In this document: in pieces, positions 46,479 to 54,731 of the stretch
How the letters are laid out: every line of letters starts with the position of its first letter
Numbering within the stretch: the first letter of the stretch is position 1
Origin: an uncultured bacterium
Lineage (GTDB): Bacteria; Planctomycetota; UBA1135; GCA-002686595
Reading direction: 5' to 3'
DNA: 64,000 bases
Assembly (NCBI GenBank): GCA_943787795.1
Contig: CALSNU010000001.1
Location: 896,001 to 960,000 of the forward strand
The notes under the pieces: model-generated
Told to the model about the DNA's origin: nothing
The model's database searches: none
Seen by the model: only the letters and a program-made list of their open reading frames with translations
Position numbers and translations under genes: made by a program

Positions 46479-48419
46479 TCAGGCGTTGGCCAGGATGACG
46501 CGGAAGATCGAGCCGCCGCCCTCTCGGGGGTGGGCCGAGACTCTGGCGCCCATGGCCTTGGCCTGGAGCGCGACGAGGTGGAGGCCCAGACCGGTGCCCT
46601 TGGTCTTGCGGGTCGCCTCGTCGCCGAGCCGCCTGAAGGCCTCGAAGATCCGCCCGCGGTCCTCTTCGGCGATCCCGGGGCCGCGGTCGAGGACCTCAAG
46701 GACGACCCTCGACTTGCGGTCCTGCAGTGTGCGCACGAGGATGACGTGCTCCTTCGGGCGCTCGCGGTCCTCCGGTTCGACTGGGCTCGAGGACCCCGTC
46801 GAGGGTCCCGCGGAAGACGCCGCAGGAGACGCATACTTGCGAGCGTTCTCGACGAGGTTGGTGAGGATGACGTGGATGCCGTCGGGCAGCAGTTGCACCG
46901 GCGGGAGGTGCTCGGCCAGCTCGAACTCGAGGTCCTTGGCGACCGTTCCGCCGACGAGCTCGAGGCTCGGCCTCACGGACGCGATCTCTGCGTTGAGGGA
47001 GCCGCTGGTCGGCTCGTGCGCCTGATCGGAGAGGCGTCGCCTCAGCAGGACGCGGTCCACGAGCTGATCGAGGCGGTCGGATTCCGCGACGATCCGGGTC
47101 AGGTAGTCAAGGCGTCGCGCCTCGTCCTGGAACCAGCCGTCCCGGAGCATCTCGCCATAGAGCTTCACCGCGGCGATGGGGGTGCGGAGCTCGTGGGTGA
47201 CCGAGGCGACGAAGTTTCGCGTGCGCTCCGTCTCCTCGCGGCTCCGCCGGACGCTGCTGAGCAGGAGCCGGATCCCGATGGTCATCGAAAAGATGAGCAC
47301 GAGCGCCACGGCCGCGAACCACGAGTTCTGCACGCGGAACCCACGGCGGCGCTCGCCCACGTCAGCCGCCACGAACATCGTGCCCCGTGACATGATGTCG
47401 GGCGGCGTGTCCTGCTCCATCTCGAAGAACGGCAGGAGGTTGTCGAGGGCGAAGTAGACGTCGGGGTCGGGGTCCTTGGCCAGGCGCGTCCTGGGGGGCA
47501 GGAAGCGCAGCGACGGGCCGAGGACCTGTGCGGCCTCCTCCTCCGGGAGCCGCGAGAAGAGCCACTCCGGGTCAAACGCCACACCCTGGATCAGCATCAG
47601 GTCCCTGGTGATGGGCTCGAAGCAGCTCTCGATCAGCGGGATCGCGAGCTGGGGCATCACGACCCGGCGATAGGCGATCAGCAGCGGCCGGCCGGACGGC
47701 TCGAGCCGCGTGGTGCGGAAGGAGAAGAAGCTGACGTGGACGTCGTGCTGCTCGCCCTCGTAGAGCTCCTGGTTCGCGTCGAGGGCGGACCGGCACTCGT
47801 CGACTCCGGCGTCCGCGATGTTGAGCAGGACGGCTCGCAGCCGCCGAGAGCGCGTCTGTCCCCAGCCCTCGAATCCGACGCTCTCCAGCTCCGCTGTTGC
47901 GAGCGACTCGGTGGGCTCCGGTCCCTCCAGGAACTCGGCCCGAACGAGGTCCTCGAGGAGCGTCTGGATCGGGTCGATCGCCGTCGCGTCCTCTGCCCCC
48001 CGGAGCACATCGACCGCCACGGGCTCACCGAAGCGATCCTGAGCCGGATCGGGCGCGGCGAACGAGAACCACCCAAGCACCGAATCCGGGCGCGGCTCCG
48101 AGACCAGCGCGGTGTCCTCGGTCCGGATCGGGCCGAGGTCGTCCACGTAGGCTTCGGCGCGATAGGCCTCGAAGGGCCGCATGAACTCCCGCTCGAGCTC
48201 GATGTTCACCCGGCGGAAGCACTGCTCCGCCAGGCGTCGCGCCGCGTCCTCGCTCTCCCTTGGGAGCTCGAGGAGGACCCGCTGCTGCTCGCGCTGCAGC
48301 TGCCGCCAGAGGAGGCCGCCGAACACGACGGCAGGCAGGACCACCAGCAGGACGTAGAGGAAGAGCGCGGTCCGCCCCGAGGGGCCCCGGAGTTGAGACG
48401 GGCGGAGCGCGAGCCTCAT
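46479..48419 (-). CDS. Sensor histidine kinase (2 TM, HisKA + HATPase)
   Basis: FVASVTHELRTP, NLVENARKY, DRGPGI, GTGLGL. Confidence 0.93.
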   Translation of the reverse strand: MRLALRPSQLRGPSGRTALFLYVLLVVLPAVVFGGLLWRQLQREQQRVLLELPRESEDAARRLAEQCFRRVNIELEREFMRPFEAYRAEAYVDDLGPIRTEDTALVSEPRPDSVLGWFSFAAPDPAQDRFGEPVAVDVLRGAEDATAIDPIQTLLEDLVRAEFLEGPEPTESLATAELESVGFEGWGQTRSRRLRAVLLNIADAGVDECRSALDANQELYEGEQHDVHVSFFSFRTTRLEPSGRPLLIAYRRVVMPQLAIPLIESCFEPITRDLMLIQGVAFDPEWLFSRLPEEEAAQVLGPSLRFLPPRTRLAKDPDPDVYFALDNLLPFFEMEQDTPPDIMSRGTMFVAADVGERRRGFRVQNSWFAAVALVLIFSMTIGIRLLLSSVRRSREETERTRNFVASVTHELRTPIAAVKLYGEMLRDGWFQDEARRLDYLTRIVAESDRLDQLVDRVLLRRRLSDQAHEPTSGSLNAEIASVRPSLELVGGTVAKDLEFELAEHLPPVQLLPDGIHVILTNLVENARKYASPAASSAGPSTGSSSPVEPEDRERPKEHVILVRTLQDRKSRVVLEVLDRGPGIAEEDRGRIFEAFRRLGDEATRKTKGTGLGLHLVALQAKAMGARVSAHPREGGGSIFRVILANA

Positions 48420-48427
48420 GGGGGTCC

Positions 48428-49153
48428 TCAGGCGTACCAGCGGTAGCCCTTTCCGCGGACGGTTTGAATGAGCGTCGGCTTGCTGGGCTCCGGCTCGACC
48501 TTTCTGCGCAGCCCGACGATGTGAATGTCCACCGTTCGGGTCTCGACGTTGGCGCTCTGGTAGTGCCAGACGTCAAGCAGGAGGTCTTCGCGGGTCACCA
48601 CGCGGTCGTGGTGCTCGATCAGATAGCTCAGGATGTCGCCCTCGCGGGGGGTCAAGGGGAGGGTTGTTCCGTCCCGGTGAACCTCCAGCCGCGCCAGGTC
48701 CACCTTGATGTCGCCGGGGAGCTCGAGCATGGCCGGCGGGGCCGACTCGAGCTTGTCGCGGCGGAACTGCGCCTCGATGCGCGCGACGAGCTCGCGCGGC
48801 GAGAACGGCTTCTTCATGTAGTCGTCCGCGCCCGCCTCGAAGCCCCGGATGAGGTCCTCCTCATCGGCCAGGGCCGTGAGCACGAGGACCCGCACCGTGT
48901 GCTGGTTCTCGCGCAGCTTCCGGAGCACGTCGAGCCCGCTCTGGCCGGGGAGCATGAGGTCGAGAACGATGAGGTCAAAGTCGCCCCCCTGGGCGATCTC
49001 GAGGGCGGCGTCCCCGTCGTGGGCCAGGGAGACGGTGTGCCCGGCATGCTCGATGGCGTCCCGGATGCCGAGGGCGAGCGCCTCCTCGTCCTCCACGACG
49101 AGGATCTTGCGGGAGGCCTTCGGGTTGGCTTGGGCGTTGGGGGCGGTGGTCAT
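48428..49153 (-). CDS. OmpR/PhoB-family response regulator
   Basis: ILVVEDE, LDLMLPG, GADDYMKKPFSPREL, RTVDIHI, TVRGKGY. Confidence 0.95.
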   Translation of the reverse strand: MTTAPNAQANPKASRKILVVEDEEALALGIRDAIEHAGHTVSLAHDGDAALEIAQGGDFDLIVLDLMLPGQSGLDVLRKLRENQHTVRVLVLTALADEEDLIRGFEAGADDYMKKPFSPRELVARIEAQFRRDKLESAPPAMLELPGDIKVDLARLEVHRDGTTLPLTPREGDILSYLIEHHDRVVTREDLLLDVWHYQSANVETRTVDIHIVGLRRKVEPEPSKPTLIQTVRGKGYRWYA

Positions 49154-49434
49154 CGTCAGTACTCGTTGGGGTCAGGTGATCGCGCGACGCATCCTCTTAC
49201 GTCAACCACCCCATGCGGTGAGCGGGGATCGCGCGCCTCACCTTCGTGGAGAATGGAGGGTGTCGGTCCCATAAGAGGTCTTCGGGCGCTGGATACGCCG
49301 CTCGGTACCGCTATCGGTCCTTTTTGGTCCGTTCACGCCCAAAGGAGCCCTCAGAAGACCTCTCAGTGAAGCTCCCGGGGGGGGCACCGAGCCCACGCCG
49401 GCAGAGGAAGCCGCAGGTCTGGGATTCGGGGGGC

Positions 49435-51816
49435 TCAACGGTCTGTCGAGGTCACCGGAGCCGGGTCGATTCTGGGGCCGGCGCCTCGGATCAGGTCCGA
49501 ATCGGAGAGCGCCTTCGTGGCTTCTTCGGGCAGGAAGGAGAGCTCTCTCGCGGAGAACGGGCCGGTCTCGATCCAGCTGGTCGCCACCGGGAGGTCCCCT
49601 GCCGCCGCGAAGGCCGCGGCCATGAGGAGCCGCAGGGTCGTGGTGTCCACCCCGGCATCCCTGGCCCTCTGGTAGGCGAGGCGAAACTGGGTCGCCGCCT
49701 GCTTGGCGTTTCCGCTGCGCAGGTCCTGCTCTCCGAACAGCACCTTGGTCGCCACCATGAAGGCGTCTCTCTCGAGCTCCGCACCCCGGGCCGCCGCGTC
49801 CAACTGAGCGCGATAGGTCGAGTTGGCGTCGTCGAGGCGGACCTCGTCGAGCCCCTCTGCCTCGCGCCAGCTGGCCATCAGGGGCGCCGCGACCCCGAGG
49901 TGCCCCTCGAGAGTCTCCTCGAGGGCGAGCTGGCGGGCGAAGGCGGTGTCGAGTCGGCCGAGCTGAGAGAGCATCTGGAGCGCCTCGGTCACATCCGAGG
50001 GTTCGCGGCGATCGCAGGCGAGGCGCACCAGGTTCTGGATCAGGACCGGGGAGCGGGGGTCGAGCAGGAGCGCGCGGTAGAGCGCCGCCTCGGCCGCCAC
50101 GTAGTCGCCCTCGCGTGCTTCGAGGACCCCGAGGTTCATGAGCGCGGCGAAGCTGTACGGCATGTGGCGCAGCCATCGCTCGAGCGCGGCGCGCTGCTGC
50201 TGTGCGGGGGCGCCAGTCGAAGCGAGCTGGGCCCGGCGCATCTCGAGGACGATGGGGCTGTCGGGGGCATGGAGGGCGGCCCGTTTCAGGATGCCGTCCA
50301 CGAGCTGAGCGTCGAGCTTCTCCCGGCCGTCCTCAAGGACGATCCGCGCGCCTGGGATCTCGGCCATCGCCCGGCCGTACCGGACGAGGGATACGGCGCG
50401 GGGGGAGAGGAGCAGCAGAGCCAGGAGCGCGAGGCCAGGGGCGAGGCGCTCGTAGCTTTGCTGGCTGATGAGCTTCGGGCGTCGGGGCTCTGCTTGCTCG
50501 GGGTCGGCTCGGCCATCGCGGCCGAGGACCGTACCGATGAGGACGAAGCCGATCAGCGGGGCCACCGGGCCATAGAGCAGCGGCGAGTTCACCGTGCAGT
50601 TGGCGAGGACCGCGACCGTGGCGAGCGCCAGGTCCCGCCGATCATCGTCTCCAGCGGAGATCAGCCTCAGGGCTCGAATCAGCGCGAGCAGGAGCAGCAG
50701 GGCGAAGGCGCCACCGCCCACGAACCCGAGCTCCGCGAGCGCGGTGAGCGGGTCGTTGTGTGCGTGCTCCACCTCGATGGGCGTCGGCTCTCTGCGGTCG
50801 AACGAGGAGGCCTCGATCTCAGCGGGGTCGCGGAATGGAGGGAACGCGGCCTGGAACTGGCCCGGGCCCGCCCCGAGCGGAGCGTGGACCCCCAGGAAGG
50901 TCGGGAGCTGGGCCCAGGTCTTCAGCCGGAAGTCGAAGCCTCCGGTGGTGGTCTTGGTGGCGCTGCCCGTGGGGGCGGTGGCGGCCTCGCGGGGGGCCGG
51001 ATCGTCCGCGCCGCCGGTCGCCAGGCGCAGGCCGGTGGGGGCGAGGCCGATGAGGAGCGCGAGGAGCAGCAGCCGGAGTCGACGGGCGCAGCTCGGTCGC
51101 TGGACGCCACCGGCGGGTGCGAATTGGAGCGCGGCGACCGCAGCCAGGGCGGCCGCGCCAAGGCCGAGGAGCCCCGCGTACACGGGGATCGTTCCGACCT
51201 TGAACGCGTACAGCCCCAGGGCGAGGAGCCCCATGACGGCGAGGGGACCCTTGCTGCGCAGGAAGAGGCCGGCGCCGAGGATTGCGCCGGCGAGGGCAGC
51301 CTCGGAGAAGTCGCCGGAGTTGCCAAGCGCGGCTCCGCCGTCGGTGGTGAAGGCCGCAACGAGGAGGAGCAGCGTGATCAGGGGGAGGCCCTTGACCAGC
51401 ACCGCGCGGCCGCCGGGGCCCAGGGCGGTGCCCGCGATGGCCCAGCCCGCGGCGGCCGCGAGGGCGGCCACGGAGCGCCACGCTCCGAACACGTCGGTGG
51501 CGCGCGGCAGGTGGTAGGCCGCGAAGGCGAGGAGGACGTAGAAGAGGGGCAGCCCCAGCATGCGACTGCCGCGTCCGCGCAGCGTCGCGAGCAGCGCCGC
51601 AGGGATGGCGGAGAGGGCCGTGATCCCCACTCCGATGGAGGTGGTGTCCGGCGCCCCCATGAACGGACTCAGCGCGCCGCTGCCCGCGGAGAGAAGCTCG
51701 CCAGGGAAGCAGAGGACGGCCAGGGGCAGCAGCACGAGCCACGCCTGGAGGCGATCCAGGGAAGCTGCGTTGGCGCCCTCGCCCGCGGTGAGGGGCTCTG
51801 ATTGGGTGGGGTCCAT
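49435..51816 (-). CDS. O-antigen ligase/O-oligosaccharyltransferase-like (Wzy_C) membrane protein with C-terminal TPRs
   Basis: Multiple TMs; R..TW...PLGAGPGQF...HAHNDPL..LAELGFVG; TPR-like tail. Confidence 0.82.
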   Translation of the reverse strand: MDPTQSEPLTAGEGANAASLDRLQAWLVLLPLAVLCFPGELLSAGSGALSPFMGAPDTTSIGVGITALSAIPAALLATLRGRGSRMLGLPLFYVLLAFAAYHLPRATDVFGAWRSVAALAAAAGWAIAGTALGPGGRAVLVKGLPLITLLLLVAAFTTDGGAALGNSGDFSEAALAGAILGAGLFLRSKGPLAVMGLLALGLYAFKVGTIPVYAGLLGLGAAALAAVAALQFAPAGGVQRPSCARRLRLLLLALLIGLAPTGLRLATGGADDPAPREAATAPTGSATKTTTGGFDFRLKTWAQLPTFLGVHAPLGAGPGQFQAAFPPFRDPAEIEASSFDRREPTPIEVEHAHNDPLTALAELGFVGGGAFALLLLLALIRALRLISAGDDDRRDLALATVAVLANCTVNSPLLYGPVAPLIGFVLIGTVLGRDGRADPEQAEPRRPKLISQQSYERLAPGLALLALLLLSPRAVSLVRYGRAMAEIPGARIVLEDGREKLDAQLVDGILKRAALHAPDSPIVLEMRRAQLASTGAPAQQQRAALERWLRHMPYSFAALMNLGVLEAREGDYVAAEAALYRALLLDPRSPVLIQNLVRLACDRREPSDVTEALQMLSQLGRLDTAFARQLALEETLEGHLGVAAPLMASWREAEGLDEVRLDDANSTYRAQLDAAARGAELERDAFMVATKVLFGEQDLRSGNAKQAATQFRLAYQRARDAGVDTTTLRLLMAAAFAAAGDLPVATSWIETGPFSARELSFLPEEATKALSDSDLIRGAGPRIDPAPVTSTDR

Positions 51817-51867
51817 GGTGAGCAGCCGTCGTCGGCCTTTGGAGAGCTTCCCCTCGAGGGGTAGTTA

Positions 51868-52028
51868 GATCAAGCCCGGGTCCGTCGCCTGATGGAGTCT
51901 GCAAGTCCCTGGCGGCAGCGTGCTGGACCCAGGACCCGCGATCGACCAATGACCCGGTCCCCTGGACCCCGGCGGCCGTGGGTTCTTCCCCGGGGCCCCC
52001 GGAATCGACGGATCCTGTTTGGGCGATC
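51868..52028. ncRNA. Candidate rod-like structured RNA (unassigned)
   Basis: Closing helix gggtccgtcg (51878-87)/cgacggatcc (52006-15), extended by gccc/gggc and gatc/gatc, plus inner helices; lies in a divergent intergenic gap. Confidence 0.25.
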
Positions 52029-52054
52029 GCAAGGGGCGAGCCCATGATCCCGCC

Positions 52055-52663
52055 ATGGTTGCCTTCCGCTTCCTCGCGCTTCTGACCGTGGGGCTCTCAT
52101 TGCTCACGTTCGTGTTCCTGCTCAACGTGTCCAACGCTCGGCTCGAGCGGGAGTCGCTGCGGCAGGTCGTCGGGGCTCCCGTCCAGCTCAAGGGAGGCGA
52201 GGAGGTCGCCTGGACGCTGGATTTCGGGGACTCTCGGGTCGAATCCGCCTGGCCGGGGGCGCAGCGCCAGCCGCGCCTCTTTCTCCGGACAGTGCCGGGG
52301 GCCGTGGTGGCGGCCCGTGCAGAGTACCGCTCGCCTGAGGATGCACCTCTGCTGCAGGCGCTCGTCGCCGGGGAGCGCGTGGTCGCCACGGCGGGGCCGG
52401 ACGGACTTGCGAGCTTCGGGTGCCTCTGGCTGTCCTGGGTGCATCCGCTCACCATCAACTTCGAGGCCCTTGAGGGGGTTGGCGACGAGGCTCCGGCAGA
52501 GCCCTTCCTGAGCGGTCAGCCCTCGAAGAACTTCATCGCCGCGCGCGCCATCAGCCGGACCCTCTGGGTGGTCTTCACCGTCATCGGAGCCATGGGCTTC
52601 GCCGTCCTCGTCGCGACGCAGCGGGACCTCTTCGGGGCTCCCCGCGGTAGCGCTCGGCCCTGA
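52055..52663 (+). CDS. Hypothetical membrane protein (N- and C-terminal TM)
   Basis: Two hydrophobic helices flanking a soluble domain; CATGAT box 6 nt before the ATG. Confidence 0.65.
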   Translation: MVAFRFLALLTVGLSLLTFVFLLNVSNARLERESLRQVVGAPVQLKGGEEVAWTLDFGDSRVESAWPGAQRQPRLFLRTVPGAVVAARAEYRSPEDAPLLQALVAGERVVATAGPDGLASFGCLWLSWVHPLTINFEALEGVGDEAPAEPFLSGQPSKNFIAARAISRTLWVVFTVIGAMGFAVLVATQRDLFGAPRGSARP

Positions 52664-52688
52664 CGTCAGGCCGCCGAGGCGGGCTCGC

Positions 52689-53618
52689 TCAGGCGGAGCC
52701 CACGGCCCGGGTCACGATCGCGTCCACAAAGGTCTCGGGGTCGAAGCGCTCGAGCAAGTCCATGGTCTCGCCGGTGCCGATGTAGCGCACGGGGAGCCCG
52801 AGCTCGCGGTGGATACCGAAGATCGCGCCGCCGCGGGCGGTGCCGTCGAGCTTGGCGACGATGAGCCCGGTCACCTCCACAGAGCGGGTGAACTCCTTGG
52901 CCTGGCGGATGGCGTTCTGGCCGTTGGTCCCGTCGATCACCAGCCACGTCTCGTGGGGCGCGCCCTCGACCTTCTTCCCGATCACGCGCCGGACCTTCTC
53001 CAGCTCCTGCATCAGGTTGGACTGGGTGTGCAGCCGCCCCGCGGTGTCGATGATGGCCACGTCCACGCCCCGCGCCTCGGCCGCGGCGCAGGTGTCGAAG
53101 GCGACCGCGGCGGGGTCCGCGTTGTCGCTGTGCTGCCGCACGATCTCAGCGCCGTTGCGCTCCGCCCAGATCTGAAGCTGGTCCGCCGCGGCGGCTCGGA
53201 AGGTGTCTCCAGCGCCGAGGATGACCGACTTGCCCTGCCCCTGGAAGCGGTGGGCCAGCTTGGCGATCGAGGTCGTCTTGCCCGAGCCGTTGACCCCCAC
53301 GATGAGGATCACGGTCGGCGATTGAGCAAAGTCAGGTTCCGGGCGGCCGCAGTCCCCGAGGATCTCGAGGAGCTTGCCGCGCATCGCGGTCCGGACGTCC
53401 TCTTCACCCTTGAGCTCGCCGCGCTTGTGGAGCCTGGCGAGCTCGGCGGTGAGGTCGGAGGCGATGGAGCCCAGGTCGCTCGTGTAGAGCAGCTCTTCCA
53501 GCTCGTCCAGGAGCTGCTGGTCGATCGCTCGGCCGCCGCGGAAGAGGCCGGAGATCCCGTCCGAGATGGCGTCGCGGGTCTTCGAGAGCCGCTGCTTGAA
53601 TCGGTCGAGCAGCCCCAT
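52689..53618 (-). CDS. ftsY: SRP receptor FtsY
   Basis: GVNGSGKTT, GDTFRAAA, DTAGRL, DGTNGQNA, KLDGTARGG. Confidence 0.97.
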   Translation of the reverse strand: MGLLDRFKQRLSKTRDAISDGISGLFRGGRAIDQQLLDELEELLYTSDLGSIASDLTAELARLHKRGELKGEEDVRTAMRGKLLEILGDCGRPEPDFAQSPTVILIVGVNGSGKTTSIAKLAHRFQGQGKSVILGAGDTFRAAAADQLQIWAERNGAEIVRQHSDNADPAAVAFDTCAAAEARGVDVAIIDTAGRLHTQSNLMQELEKVRRVIGKKVEGAPHETWLVIDGTNGQNAIRQAKEFTRSVEVTGLIVAKLDGTARGGAIFGIHRELGLPVRYIGTGETMDLLERFDPETFVDAIVTRAVGSA

Positions 53619-53619
53619 C

Positions 53620-54084
53620 TCAGCGCTCCTCCTCGGCTGCGCGGTTCTTGATCTTGTCGAGGATGCCGTTGATGAAGGCGCCCGAGTTCTGGGTGGAGAA
53701 GCGCTTGCCGAGCTCGATGCCCTCGTTGATCGCGACCTTCGGCGGGATCTCGTCGCAGTGCAGGATCTCGAAGGCCGCCATGCGGAGCACGTTGCGGTCG
53801 ATGACGGCCATGCGATCCACCTGCCAGTTCTGGGCGACGAACTGGATCTCTGCGTCCAGCTCCGGGGCCGCGTCCAGGGTGCCCTCGACGAGTAGGCGTG
53901 CGTAGCGCGAGGTCTCGGCGTCGCTGCCCTCTGCCTGCTCCTGGAGGAAGCCGGTCAGGTCGTTCAGCTTCTCGGGACCGAGGAGGTCGACCTGGTAGAG
54001 GAACTGGAGCGCGAGCTCTCTGGAGCGAGTGCGTTTCTTCAATGGAGGATTCGGGAGGGGATCAGAAGCCCGCGGGGCGGCCAT
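53620..54084 (-). CDS. nusB: Transcription antitermination factor NusB
   Basis: RSRELALQFLYQ, DRNVLR, PPKVAINE, FINGILD; exact start uncertain. Confidence 0.95.
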   Translation of the reverse strand: MAAPRASDPLPNPPLKKRTRSRELALQFLYQVDLLGPEKLNDLTGFLQEQAEGSDAETSRYARLLVEGTLDAAPELDAEIQFVAQNWQVDRMAVIDRNVLRMAAFEILHCDEIPPKVAINEGIELGKRFSTQNSGAFINGILDKIKNRAAEEER

Positions 54085-54586
54085 CGCCGGCTCCGGCGCT
54101 GGCCTGGTCGAGGGCGGCGAGGGTCACGAGCGCGGCGCGCGCGACCTCCCGCCCCTTGTCCTCGACGCCGCCCTCCTCGGAGGGGAGCGCCCTGGCCTTG
54201 GCCTGGTCCAGGTTCTGGCAGGTTAGGACGCCGAAGTGGATCGGCGTGTCCGTCTCCAGGGCAGCCTGGGTGATGCCCTGGGTGGCGCCCATCGCGACCC
54301 AGTGGTCGTGGGTCGTCTCTCCGGTGAGCACCAGACCGAAGCACAGCACGGCGTCGACATCCTCTCGTCGAGCGAGGCGTCGGGCGACGATGGGGAGCTC
54401 GAAGGCTCCTGGGACCCAGACGACCCGCAGGCCGTCCTCCTCCATGCCCGCCGCGCGCAGCTCGGCCTCGGCCGACCGCAGCATGGCGCCGGTGAGGTCC
54501 TCGTGGAACCGTGAGATCGCGACGCCGATACGCACGCCGGGGCGCTGAATCAGGTCGCGAGCAGCGCTCTTGGGATCGAGAGCCAT
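54062..54586 (-). CDS. ribH: 6,7-dimethyl-8-ribityllumazine synthase
   Basis: SRFH, VPGAFELP, GETTH, FGVLT, DKGREVA. Confidence 0.95.
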   Translation of the reverse strand: MALDPKSAARDLIQRPGVRIGVAISRFHEDLTGAMLRSAEAELRAAGMEEDGLRVVWVPGAFELPIVARRLARREDVDAVLCFGLVLTGETTHDHWVAMGATQGITQAALETDTPIHFGVLTCQNLDQAKARALPSEEGGVEDKGREVARAALVTLAALDQASAGAGDGRPAGF

Positions 54587-54731
54587 CGTGAGGGGCGGGG
54601 TGGGGGAGAGAAAGAGCCGGGGGAGACGGGCGGAGAGTGTACGCGCGGCGGCGGCCTCCCGCACCTGGGTCCCTCACTTGTCGGTGGGGCAGCGGCGCTC
54701 ACGCTCCCGGCTCAAGCGCCCCGGGACCCCC

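Noticed and set aside
51975..52015. tmRNA/tRNA-like fragment (gggttcttcccc...ggggcccccggaatcgacgg)
   Set aside because: Superficially like a T-loop and tmRNA 5' end, but there is no proper TTCRA loop, acceptor stem, CCA or tag reading frame.
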